Below, piece by piece: positions 22,002 through 32,838 of a stretch of DNA of 64,000 nucleotides (position 1 is the stretch's first letter; each line of letters starts with the position of its first letter). Source of the DNA: Flaccisagitta enflata (lineage: Eukaryota). The stretch spans positions 992,001 to 1,056,000 of the forward strand of contig OZ231126.1 of the NCBI GenBank assembly GCA_965153355.1, in the 5' to 3' direction. The notes under the pieces were generated by a model. It was not told where the DNA came from. It did no database searches and was given only the letters and a program-made list of their open reading frames with translations. Made by a program: the position numbers and the translations under genes.

Positions 22002-25000
22002 CCCCGGCCTTTTGGTTCGACGCATCTACACGTCGAGCCTCGGTGGAAGGGATTGTTACCCTCCTTGGGTATACAAAATCGGGGTCCGCATACCCAGCGG
22101 GCTGGATATGTGGGGAAATCGCCCAATCTGCGAATTTTCTACAAGGCGGCGTCGCGCCGGCATGACGTCGCCGGATAAACAATGCCAGTCTCCCCTTTAC
22201 GCTCTGTTCGTCGTCTTCTTCTTCGACTCCTCTCCCTTCTCCCGTCGCCTCATCCTCGTCCTCCTCCACATCGGCGGCATCCATCCAAATCCCGGCCCTC
22301 GTCGTCACCCTCCACGCCCCCCTGCCAATAAAATCATCAGTTGGAACTGCTGCGGCATCGGCAATTCGGCTGCCGAACTTCGCCACTTCCTTTCTCGGAA
22401 CAATGTCCTGGTTGCATGCATCCAAGAATCGAAGTTGAGTCTTACCTCGAATACGCCGTCATTTCCCGATTACGCTGTTGTCCGGCTGGACAGAGTTGGT
22501 GGTGGTGGTGGTGGTGGTGGTCGCGGTGGTGTGGGTGGTGGTTTGCTAACTCTTATCCATCATTCAGTGCAATTCCATCAGCTTCCTTCTCCAATTAACG
22601 ACGGTGGAACCGAACTCATACTCATCAACGCCAAAATCGCCGACTTCAACATCAAAATTGCCAACATATACATTCCGCCTGCTTCTTCGGACAATCTCCC
22701 GACCAACTTCAAAGCGTCTCTTCTCCCGCTTCTCAACGACGACGTCATCATCTGCGGCGATGTAAACGCTCACAGCGAAGAGTGGTCGCTAGGAAACCCG
22801 GACAACCGCGGCGATGACTTGGCTAACGAAATTGACAACCACAACTTTGTTGTCATGAATAACCCGGACATTTCCACTCGTCCCGTTTCCACGACTTCTC
22901 CCGATGTGATTTTTGCGCCGATGTCGCTTGCGTTGAATTTTGAATGGAACGCTCACACTGCGCTGAACTCCGACCACCTTCCTATGTCACTCTCATTCGA
23001 CGATGAATCACCTCCCCAACGCGGCGGTAGAACGTACATCAACTTTAAAAAGGCGAACTGGAGCGAATTTAAACGAGAATCGGAAGATTTGTTCTCTCGC
23101 CTGCCGCCTGCCTCTTCATGCTCTCAGGGAGAAAAAGAGTGGCGCCGAGTTATGCAGAAGTGTTCTGCCCGTCATGTCCCGGCTGGATACTTCCGCACTT
23201 TCGCCCCTGGCCTCGACGCCAATTCCGCTTCTCTCATCGACGACAGGGATAATCGACGACGTCGCGACCCAAACGATCCTGAAATCAACAACCTCAACCA
23301 ACGGATTTCTGCCTCTATCTCCAACGCTTCGAAGCAACGGTGGATGGAGGCAGTGAAAGAGGCTGACAGACGAACGAATTCTGCCCGCTACTGGCGGCTG
23401 ATGAAAAATCTCTCCGGAAAAAGGGCGGTCACAACTCCCAATCAGCCAATCATTTTCAAAGACAAACCTGTCTCGAAGAAATTGTCAATTGCTAATGGTT
23501 TCATCAAGTTTTACACTAATATTCGGGAGTTTAAGCAAAATAAGGAATCAAGGAAAGTTTTTAAAAATATTAAGATCAATAACCCTCTTGACCACTCATA
23601 CGTCCCTTACTCAGAAGAAGATACCATCAATGCAATCAAGGCTAGCAAGAATTCCTCTGCTGCGGGTCCAAATGGGATCACTATGCTTCATCTGAAAAAT
23701 ATCGGTCCCCACGGCATCCGCTATCTCACCCATCTTTCAAATTTGTCTGTGCAGAAAGCAGATATTCAGTCTATTTGGAAGTCGGCGTTAATTGTTCCGA
23801 TCCAGAAGCCGGGTAAACCGGCCGATAGGGCAGGGTCTTATCGCCCGATCTCCCTCCTCTGCCCGGAAGTCAAGGTTCTTGAAAGGATGAATTTGGGAGC
23901 GTTAAAATCGTCACTTCATCCTGCGTCGTCTCAGCACGGATTTCGGTCTCAACGGTCAACCATCTCCGCCCTCCTCCCACTCGCTAACCAGGTCGCCTCC
24001 GGGTTCAACGAAAAGAAGCCTGCCAGACGAACTGGTCTACTTTGTGTGGATTTGGCGAAGGCGTTTGACGTCGTTTCTCACTACAAACTCGTCGAGAAAA
24101 TTGGCCAATCTGACCTTCATTCCAACCTAAAAAGGTGGCTTGTTGTTTGGTTGCGTGATCGGAAGGTGCGGTGCATCTACCAGGGGAAGGCCTCTAAGTG
24201 GCGAAAGCTTAAAATGGGTGTTCCTCAGGGTAGTGTGATATCACCCATCCTATTCAACTTCTACGCAAGTGGTGTCACCCCTTCCGACGACTCCTTCTCA
24301 CCGGATATCGACGAGCGATACGCTGACGATAATCATGCTGCTTGCTCTCATGTTGATCCGACCGTCATCTCTGCTGGTCTAACATCTGCGGCGAACAATC
24401 TTGATGCTTCAGCTCGTGAGCTTGACATGGGCATCGCTGCGTCGAAGTCTACAGTTACACTTTTCACGCCTTGGACGAAGCAATACGGCCGCCTCCCGCC
24501 GGTTTCTGTTGGCGCCGATGCTATTCCGCAGGATAACAATCCCAAATTGCTCGGCTTAATCTTCGATCCGATGTGGACGTTTTCGGCCCATGCTATCCAC
24601 ACGGCTAAAAAAGCTAACAGCCGATTAAACGTGCTCAGGGCACTGTCTGACACTTCCTTTGGCCACGATAAGGAGTGCCTCACATTGACCTTCAAATCGT
24701 TGATACGGCCTTTCTTCGACTATGCGGCTCCCATCGTATATCCCAACTACTCTCCAACCTCCATCAAACGTCTCCAGATGATACAAAACAAGTGTCTCCG
24801 ACTTATAACTGGCGCCCACACTGCTGCTTCCTTCGATCATCTCCACTCGGAAACACAAATTCTCCCAGTTGGTCGTCATTTGCAACTTCTCTCCGCTCAG
24901 TACTTAGCTCGTGCTCTTATCCCAAGCCATCCTTCCAACCCTCATGTTTGTTCCTCGCCTCCACCTGGCTCCCGACGCATGAAAGAAACTCTGCGCTCGA

Positions 25001-25605
25001 AGTGCTGGGAATTAGTTGAGCCTTTCCTGCGGGACGGGAGAGCGCCTGACAACATAAAGGAAGTTCAAAGGAATATCCATGTTAAAGTAATCAGTGATAC
25101 AGTTGATTCCTTCGGCCCAAATCGCGTCCTCGGATCTGCACCGCCGCTGATTCATCCTAGCGAATCGTCGCTTCCGAGGCTGACACGCGCGGCCTTATGT
25201 CAACTACGCTCGGGTTTCTGCGCGCGCTTAAAAGACTTCCAGCAACGTATTGGCGCCTCTGACTCCGATTTATGCCCCGACTGTAACGCCTCACCACAAA
25301 CGTCTAGTCATATTTTTTCCTGCCAAGCCAATCCTACAAACTTGACTCCTGCCGATATGTGGGAACGGCCTCGTGAGGTGGCTGCCTTCTTATCCACTAC
25401 TTCCTCCTTTTCCGACCTCCCTGATCCTGGACCTTCCCCTCCTCCTCCTCGACGACGTCGCAGAGCACGCCCCCCTCCCGAACCTCCGCCCCCATAGATG
25501 GTGGCCGTCGATATGGTATAAGCTACCATTCTCTCGATACTTTCGACGGCGGTCTCCCATCGGCCCAGAATCTTCGCAACGTTGGTTAATAACAACAACA
25601 ACAAC
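22002..25605 (+). mobile_element. Full-length non-LTR retrotransposon, probably Ingi/Vingi-like (I group)
   Basis: single APE-RT ORF, no recognisable RNase H, C-terminal Cys/His motif, (AAC)5 tail at 25591-25605. The 5' boundary is inferred and no clear TSD was seen. Confidence 0.85.
22012..25497 (+). CDS. LINE polyprotein: 2A-like peptide, AP endonuclease, reverse transcriptase, C-terminal zinc-finger-like motif
   Basis: SWNCCGI, CIQESKL, GDVNAH and SDHLP (APE); YRPISLL, QHGFR, DLAKAFD, GVPQGSVISP and YADD (RT); CPDC...HIFSC; uninterrupted 1161 codons. The true start codon is uncertain. Confidence 0.95.
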   Translation: MVRRIYTSSLGGRDCYPPWVYKIGVRIPSGLDMWGNRPICEFSTRRRRAGMTSPDKQCQSPLYALFVVFFFDSSPFSRRLILVLLHIGGIHPNPGPRRHPPRPPANKIISWNCCGIGNSAAELRHFLSRNNVLVACIQESKLSLTSNTPSFPDYAVVRLDRVGGGGGGGGRGGVGGGLLTLIHHSVQFHQLPSPINDGGTELILINAKIADFNIKIANIYIPPASSDNLPTNFKASLLPLLNDDVIICGDVNAHSEEWSLGNPDNRGDDLANEIDNHNFVVMNNPDISTRPVSTTSPDVIFAPMSLALNFEWNAHTALNSDHLPMSLSFDDESPPQRGGRTYINFKKANWSEFKRESEDLFSRLPPASSCSQGEKEWRRVMQKCSARHVPAGYFRTFAPGLDANSASLIDDRDNRRRRDPNDPEINNLNQRISASISNASKQRWMEAVKEADRRTNSARYWRLMKNLSGKRAVTTPNQPIIFKDKPVSKKLSIANGFIKFYTNIREFKQNKESRKVFKNIKINNPLDHSYVPYSEEDTINAIKASKNSSAAGPNGITMLHLKNIGPHGIRYLTHLSNLSVQKADIQSIWKSALIVPIQKPGKPADRAGSYRPISLLCPEVKVLERMNLGALKSSLHPASSQHGFRSQRSTISALLPLANQVASGFNEKKPARRTGLLCVDLAKAFDVVSHYKLVEKIGQSDLHSNLKRWLVVWLRDRKVRCIYQGKASKWRKLKMGVPQGSVISPILFNFYASGVTPSDDSFSPDIDERYADDNHAACSHVDPTVISAGLTSAANNLDASARELDMGIAASKSTVTLFTPWTKQYGRLPPVSVGADAIPQDNNPKLLGLIFDPMWTFSAHAIHTAKKANSRLNVLRALSDTSFGHDKECLTLTFKSLIRPFFDYAAPIVYPNYSPTSIKRLQMIQNKCLRLITGAHTAASFDHLHSETQILPVGRHLQLLSAQYLARALIPSHPSNPHVCSSPPPGSRRMKETLRSKCWELVEPFLRDGRAPDNIKEVQRNIHVKVISDTVDSFGPNRVLGSAPPLIHPSESSLPRLTRAALCQLRSGFCARLKDFQQRIGASDSDLCPDCNASPQTSSHIFSCQANPTNLTPADMWERPREVAAFLSTTSSFSDLPDPGPSPPPPRRRRRARPPPEPPPP

Positions 25606-25751
25606 ACCAGGAGTAATAAGATTTGAGTATTGGTGGAGTTTTATGCCAGATTGATAGATCATTTTTCAATCAGAAATTGACATCGGTTTAAAAGCTAAGA
25701 ATCAACCGCATATGTCATTTGATTCAATTTATTCACACACACACACACACG

Positions 25752-25782
<31 letters not shown>

Positions 25783-25783
25783 T

Positions 25784-25849
<66 letters not shown>

Positions 25850-27017
25850 CATGACCCACACTTACAACTTTGTCGGATATGAACTACATAATAAAAGGCC
25901 GGATACACGGCTCCCCCAGTCGCATGCAGTTGGGCAGGGACCATTTTTGAGGTCATTACTCACTCATTAGAGCATTTAGGCAGGAGCAGTGTGACCAGAA
26001 AATACGAAGTAGAATGTGACGGAATGACCGATCCAACGACATGGACGGACAAGCGAAACACGCAACTTGAAAAAAAAAAAACAGAAGCCGTTTTCGTTAT
26101 GAGAATTGATTTATTTATTTTTTATCTCTAGGATGCAAGCTTGTAAAATTCAGGAAATGACTTCAATAATGAGAGGATTAAATGATGGAAAAATCTTCTA
26201 ATTCAAAATCACAGGTTGAAAAATATATAACCCAGTGAAACACATGTCATTATGTGCCACCGAACGAGCAAAATTAGAAGAATACTATCTATGCATTCAA
26301 ATCATCAAAATGCGATGAAAAACATCTATAAAAGGTAACAATCATTCGCCTTTATCTATTTTGGTAAGTATTAGTGTTTTGGGTTAGACTCAGAATGGAT
26401 GTTAGCAAGTTAGTTTTGCTAAATGGAAAACTAGGAGTGATGCGCGTAGTAACTAGTCAGTGAGGGCTCACAAGGCCCTCTTCCATATTTTTCAGTTTGG
26501 GTATAGTGAGGGATATTGTTCCACCAGTCATACGACATGTTGACAAAAACAAGGCCGGATAAACGGCAAGACAGTCACGGCCGGGAACGGTTGGGCAAAG
26601 ACTGTAATGGAAAAATTGTGTGCAATTCAAAAATACTTGTAACGTACCGACCAACCAACCTACCGACCGACACGGCCAGGTTTAGCCACGTGTACGCGAC
26701 TGAAAATTAGTTTCCATAGATACGCAACGCACAGTTCGTTTGCGTCTAATCTACGTGTCGATTCCATCGTGTTATTTTTAGTTCTTTCTGCTCTAGATAC
26801 TAGCTGACTGTTTTAGCTCTAGCCATCCTTAGCCACATGGAAAGTAATTTCTGAAAACAGATTTGAACTCGGCACTGACTAATTGACACGATGGTTCTGC
26901 GTATATTCGTGAATGGGCCTCTATTTTGACTCAGGAGATGGTTTTTAAGTCACTTCTCCAATCTCGATAATTTCACATATATTGAATCACAAAAAAAGGC
27001 TCAGGATCAAGCTATTA

Positions 27018-27849
27018 CAGCCGGAGACCCTAGAAAAGCTGATTTTTCAGCTTTTGCTTTTTTTTCAATTTTTCCTTAATTTCTCTTGGCTAAATGTGCA
27101 GTGAGTGCATTAATTTCTTTTGTCATGGATCCATGGTCAAAGCTTATGTGAAAAAAATTAGTTAATAACAAATTTTATTTTTTTTTTAAATTATGAAAAA
27201 AATTTACATACTCTCAATTTTTCTTTTTGTTTAGATAGATTTTAGACAGGAATTTCATTACAATTCAAATCCACTGCCTCATCAATAAATAGGTCAAAAC
27301 ACGCTTTTAAATATCAAAAAAAAAAGCTTAACACCCAAGTTGTTACAGCTCAAAAGCTCATTCTGAGCTTTAAAGCTCAAGTTGAGCTTTGAGACTCACC
27401 TCCTATACGCAAGTCTCAAAAAGCAGCTCTGAGCTTTTCAAAAGCTCAGAAGTGAGCTTTTTGAACTCTAACGTAGACTTGAGCTTTTAGGCTCAAAAAG
27501 CTGATTTCTGAGCTTTTAAATATTTAAAAGCGCATTTTGACCTAATTATTGATAAGTGCTAAAGGATGTGACATTCTAGATGAATTTCTTGTCTCAAAAT
27601 CTCTCTGTATGCCAAAAATTAGAAAAATTGAAAGGTGCCATCTGAACCCAATTTTTTTCATGATTTCAGAAAAAATGCTAAAATTGAGTTAATAACCGCA
27701 ATTTTTTTACACGATGTAGCTACCGACCATAGATCCACGACAAAAAAGAAGTTAGCCCACTCAATGAGCTCATTTAGCCAAGAGAAGTTAAAGAAAAATT
27801 GAAAAAAAAACAAAAGCTGAAAAATCAGCTTTTCTAGGGTCTCCGGCTG
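27018..27849. mobile_element. Tc1/mariner-type MITE with long inverted arms
   Basis: perfect TIR CAGCCGGAGACCCTAGAAAAGCTGATTTTTCAGCTTTTG; TA on both flanks. Confidence 0.9.
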
Positions 27850-28002
27850 TATTATGCATTATTTAGTCATTCTGATTGATAATAGAATGAAATTCGATCA
27901 TGTTGATCCATTCTGACTGCTTAAATGCGATGAAAAAAATTCTGACAACTTTTTTTCCAGCCACTTTCTCCTCGATCTGAGGCTTCTCCCTTCCCTAATA
28001 GA

Positions 28003-28145
28003 AACAAGGCCGGATACACGGCAATCCAGTCGCGGACAGTTGGGCATGAGCAGTTATGCGAAAACCGCTCGGAATTCAAAAATGTGACGGATCTACCGAC
28101 CGAACAACACGGCAAGGTGTAGAGTCGCGTGTCCGCGACTAAAAA
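28003..28145 (-). mobile_element. Short DINE-1/HINE-like element (similar copies at ~25893-26070, 26548-26705, 49584-49763, 57490-57692)
   Basis: AACAAGGCCGGATACACGGC hairpin end and AGTCGCGTGTCCGCGACTAAAAA palindrome end. Confidence 0.75.
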
Positions 28146-28355
28146 CCTCCAGAACATATCGAATACTTAGAAATGCATTTTTGGCTATCAACAATTACCT
28201 GGGCATGTTGACAATCTAGTGGTTGAATGGTTGACAATAATGGTTGATTTTTTCCCTATCGCGGTGAGAGGGGGGGAGATTGCATTTCATTTGTCATAAT
28301 CAGTAATTCCATTCCATTTATATTTGCTTGTTTATTTCATTTTTTTTTGTTACAG

Positions 28356-28487
28356 GTGACGGAGGCGCAGAAGAATTATCGATTGACAAGAGGCTTCGTA
28401 GTTGGAGCATTTGTAGGTTTTTTCGTTGTGATTTTTCTGAACATATCGGGGTTTACGAAGTATTACAGTGATTTTTACTTAACTTAA
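28356..28487 (+). CDS. CD225/dispanin-family protein, exon 2 (VTEAQKNYRLTRGFVVGAFVGFFVVIFLNISGFTKYYSDFYLT*)
   Basis: strong ttttttttgttacag acceptor in phase 0; completes the G-D/N-x-x-x-A motif and C-terminal TM helix of CD225 at the usual intron position. Confidence 0.85.
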   Translation: MTEAQKNYRLTRGFVVGAFVGFFVVIFLNISGFTKYYSDFYLT

Positions 28488-28699
28488 CTACTCCTTTAAT
28501 GTCATTGCACATATGGTGAAAATACGATGAGAGAAAAACTTCTTTCATTGGGTAATACACATATGAGTTTGTAGTACATAACCACAGAATATTTCGATAT
28601 GCATGGACATACCATCATTCAGCTGTGAAACAGAATGACTCTCAGAAAAAGAGACACTCTTATAAAGCCATCAGCCACAATCCCAGACATTTGGTCAAT

Positions 28700-31655
28700 C
28701 CATACTTTAAGTTATTTTTAGTCATTCTAAGTCATTTTAGGTCATTCTAAGTCATTCTAAGTCATTCTAAGTCATTCTAAGTTATTTTAAGTCACTTATG
28801 TCAAATAGGTCAAAGTAGTCATTTCGGTCATTTTAGGTTTTTTTAAGTCATTTAAAGTTGTCTTGAGTCATTTTAAGTCTGGTCTAAGTCTGGTCTAAGT
28901 CTGGTCTAAGTCTGGTCTAAGTCTGGTCTAAGGCTGGTCTAAGGCTGGTCTAAGTTTGGCCAAAGTCTGGTCTAAGTCTGGTCTAAGTCTGGTCTAAGTC
29001 TTTTCTAAGGCTGGTCTAAGTCTGGTCTAAGTCTGGTCTAAGTCTGGTCTAAGTCTGGTCTAAGTCTGGTCAAAGTCGGGTCCTAAGTCTAGTCTAAGTC
29101 TGTTCTAAATCTGGTCTAAGTCTGGTCTAAGTCTGGTCTAAGTCTGGTCTCGTCTGGTCTAAGTGCTGGTCTGGGCTGGTCTAGGCTGGTCTGGTTTTGG
29201 CCAGGTCTGGTCAAAGTCTGGTCTAGAATCTGAGTCTGTTCGCTTTTTGTCCGTCTAGTCGGTCCCGTGAGTCCGTCCCGTCCGTCCATCCATCACTTTA
29301 TTTTTGGGCCTGTGGCTGAGAGGGCCAGTGACTGTCTTTCACACATAGGGAAATTTTGCTTCTCGTCCACCCCTCCGAAGCTCATATCCTGGCGCCAGGG
29401 ACTCGCCTGGGTGCGGGGCCCAAATCTGGTCTTGAGTAAAGGTTCAGAACTCAAGCCTCGTCAGCAGCCTCATATCAGCCTCGGCTCAAATCTCAGCATC
29501 TTGTGGCTTAAATTGCAGCATCTTGGCTCAAATCACTTAGCCTCAAGGCTCAAATTGCAGCCTTGAGGCTCAAATCACAGCCTCAAGACTCAAATCAAAG
29601 CTTTGAGGATCAGATCATCACCTCAATGCACCAATCACCACCTTGAGGCTCACATCACAGCTTCATGGATCCAATCACAGCCTCATGGCTCAAATCCTAT
29701 TACTGATGTTAAAATTCAAGCCTGGAGCTTCAAAACTCACTACATGGGTCCTCGGCCCCTTCGGAGCCGCTGCCCTTCTCACCATCTCACTCACATACAC
29801 ACTCACATAGGAGGCAGGTACATGCTGACCATCTAACTACGTGTTGTGCTCTTTAAGTTATTTTTAGTCATTCTCAGTCATTCAGGTCATTTAAGTCATT
29901 CCTGAGTCATTCTAAGTCATTTCTAAGTCATTCTAAGTCATTCTAAGTCAACCAGTTATTTTAAGTCACTTAAGTCAAATTGGTCAAAGTAGTCTTTTCG
30001 GTCATTTTAGGTTTTTAAAATTTATTCAAAGTTGTCTTGGGTCATTCTAAGTCTGGTTAGAGTCTGGTCTAAGTCTGGTCTAAGTCTGGTCACAAAATCT
30101 GTTCTAAGTCTGGTCTAAAGTCAAGTCAAGTCTGATCTGGTCTGAATCTAGTCTGGTCTAAGTCTGGTCTAAGGCTGGTCTGAGTCTGATCTATTTCTGG
30201 TCAAAGTCTGGTCTAAGTCTGGTCTAAGTCTAGCCTAAGTCTGGTCTAAGTCTGGTCTAAGTTTGATCTAAGTCTGGTCTGCAGTCTGGTCTAAGTCTGG
30301 TCTACCAAGTCTGGTCTAGTCTATTTCTAAATCTAGTCTAGAAAGTCTGGTCTAGAAGTCTGGTCTAAGTCAGTCTAAGTCTGGTCTAAGTCTGGTCTAA
30401 GGCCAGATGGTTGGCCAAGTCTGGTCTAAGTCCTGGTCTGGGAGTCTCAGGTCTACAACCGCTTTTTCCGACCGTCGGTCTGTTGGTCCGTCCGTCTGTC
30501 TGTCCGTCATCACGCACCTTTTGGTTATACTTAAAAAGTTATTTTAGTCATTCTAAGTCATTATAAGTCATTTAAGTCATTCTAAGTCATTGCAAGTCAT
30601 TCCTAGTCATTCTAGAGTCATTCCTAGGTTGTTTTGGGTCCTTAAGTCCAAATAGGTCAAAGTAGTCATTTTTGGTCATTTTAGTTTTTTTTAAGTCATT
30701 TAAAGTTGTCTTGAGTCATTCTAAGTCTGGTCTAAGTCTGGTCTAAGTCTGGTCTAAGTCTGGGTCTAAGTCTGTTCTAAGTCATAATGTCTACGTCTGG
30801 TCTAGTCTGGTCTAAGTCTGGTCTCAAGAGTCTTGGTCTAGAGTCTGGTCTAAGTCTGGTCAAAGGCTGGTCTTGGCTGGTCTATAAGTTTGGCCAAGAA
30901 GTCTGGTCCAAGTCTCTGAGTCTAAGTCTGTTCTAAGTCTGTTCTAGAAGTCTGGTCACAAGTCTAGTCACCGTCCTGTTCCCCTAGAAGTCTGGTCCAA
31001 GTCTCAATTAGATCTGTGATCCTAAATCTAGTCTGGGACTGGTCTAAGTCTGGTCTAAGTCTGGTCCTAAATCTGGTCTAAGTCTGATTAAATCTTGGTT
31101 TAAGGGGTCTGGTCTGGTCTGGTCTGGTCTGGTCTACAAGTCTCAGTCTAAGTCTGGTCTAAGTCTGGTCTAAGTCTGGTCTAAGTCTAGTCTAAGTCTT
31201 GGTCTAAGTCTGAAAGGTCTAAGTCTGGTCTAGAGTCCTGGTCTAAATCTGGTCCTAAGTCTGTTTCTGAAGTCTGTTCAGTCTCAGTCCTAGAAGTCTG
31301 GTCTAAGTCTTGTCTAGGTCTGGTCTGGAAGTGGTCTAGGGCTGGTCTAAGTTTGGCCCAAAGTCTGGTCGTCTGGTCTAAGTCTGGTATAAGTCTGGGC
31401 TTAGTCTGGTCTAAGTCAATTCTAAGTCTGGTCTTAGTCTAGTACAAGTCTGGTCTGATCTGGTCAAACTCTGGTCTAAGTCTGGTCTAAGACTGGTCTA
31501 AGTCTGGTCTAAGCTGGTCTAAAGTCTGGTCTAAGTCTGGTCTAAGTCTGGTCTAAAGTCTGGTTTAAGTCTGGTCTAAGTCTGGTCTAAGTCTGGTCTA
31601 AGTCAAGTCTAAATCTGGTCAGAGGTCTGATCTGGTCAGTCTAAGTCTGTTCTTT
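28700..31655. repeat. (AAGTCTGGTCT)n and (AAGTCATTCT)n satellite blocks within about three tandem HINE-like units
   Basis: repeated block order; reverse-complement relative of the 5110-6030 satellite; many scattered indels. Confidence 0.8.
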
Positions 31656-31918
31656 TAGGGTGCAAAATCTGACTGTAAAATGACAAAGCTAAAGAACCGC
31701 TATCCACCTACCTTACTTTTGCGCCAATATCCATATAAACTGAAGCCCCTTCATCCTACCCGACCAACCGCCCATTTTCGATTCATTCACCTCCGCCATT
31801 CTTGCCTCATTCTTTATTCCTTCTCTCAATTACTTCGTCTCAATTTGTATTTTAGCGCCCAACTGTCACTCCGTCCATCCATCGATCATGCCACTCGTTT
31901 TCTTTTCTTTTCTGTTTC

Positions 31919-32037
<119 letters not shown>

Positions 32038-32262
32038 CTCTGTCCTAGTTTCCTCTCATTTCTTTGCCAATCTCTCAATTTTTCTCGTTTCATCTTCTTA
32101 ACTCCCTTTTTCTTCCCATATCTTTTTTTTTCCTTTTTCTTTTCTTTTCCTTTTTAACCTCTCTCTTTTCTTCTCCTATTTTCTCGCTATTTCTTCTCAC
32201 TTTTTTCTCGCTTTTTCTTCTCACTTTTTTCTTCGTTTTTCACGTTTTTCGCGGTGGTCTGG

Positions 32263-32358
32263 ATGGTGCCAGATAATCTCGCGCTCGATTGGACCGATGA
32301 GGCCCAGGTTACCGAATTGGATGAATTAGATGTTGCGCGAGGGCAAAAAACAGAGCGG
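32263..32358 (+). CDS. Candidate first coding exon of the ankyrin/TRPC-like gene (MVPDNLALDWTDEAQVTELDELDVARGQKTER)
   Basis: ATG-initiated open 96 nt with a consensus gtgagt donor in phase 0, compatible with the exon at 51266; the linkage is inferred. Confidence 0.45.
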
Positions 32359-32789
32359 GTGAGTGTGGAAAAGTGCTCATATGAAAGTGAAAAAGAACAG
32401 CGAGATGAGTGGGATGAGTAGAAGGAGAGGAAAAAAAGATCAAGAAGAAGAAGGAGAAGAAGAAGAAGAAGAAGAAGAAGAAGAAGAAGAAGAAGAAGAA
32501 GAAAAGAAGAAGAAGAAAAGAAGAAGAAAAGAAGCAAGACGACAACAACAACAATAACAACAGCAACAACAACAACAACAGCAACAACAGCAGCAGCAGC
32601 AACAACAACAACAGCAGCCGCAACAGCAACAACAACAGCAACAGCAGCAAAACCACATAGCAACAGCAAAAACCGACAACTACAACAACCAACAACAACA
32701 ACAACAACAACAGCAACAACAAGCAACAGCAGCAGCATTAACAGCAGCAGCAACAAGCAACAGCAGCAGCAAACAAAACTGCTCATAAT

Positions 32790-32838
<49 letters not shown>

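Noticed and set aside
29100-31655. Apparent high sequence diversity in the satellite (also 12600-12950 and 37500-37800)
   Set aside because: Scattered 1-2 bp indels look like poorly polished long-read consensus rather than biology; this also warrants caution about the frameshift and stop calls elsewhere.
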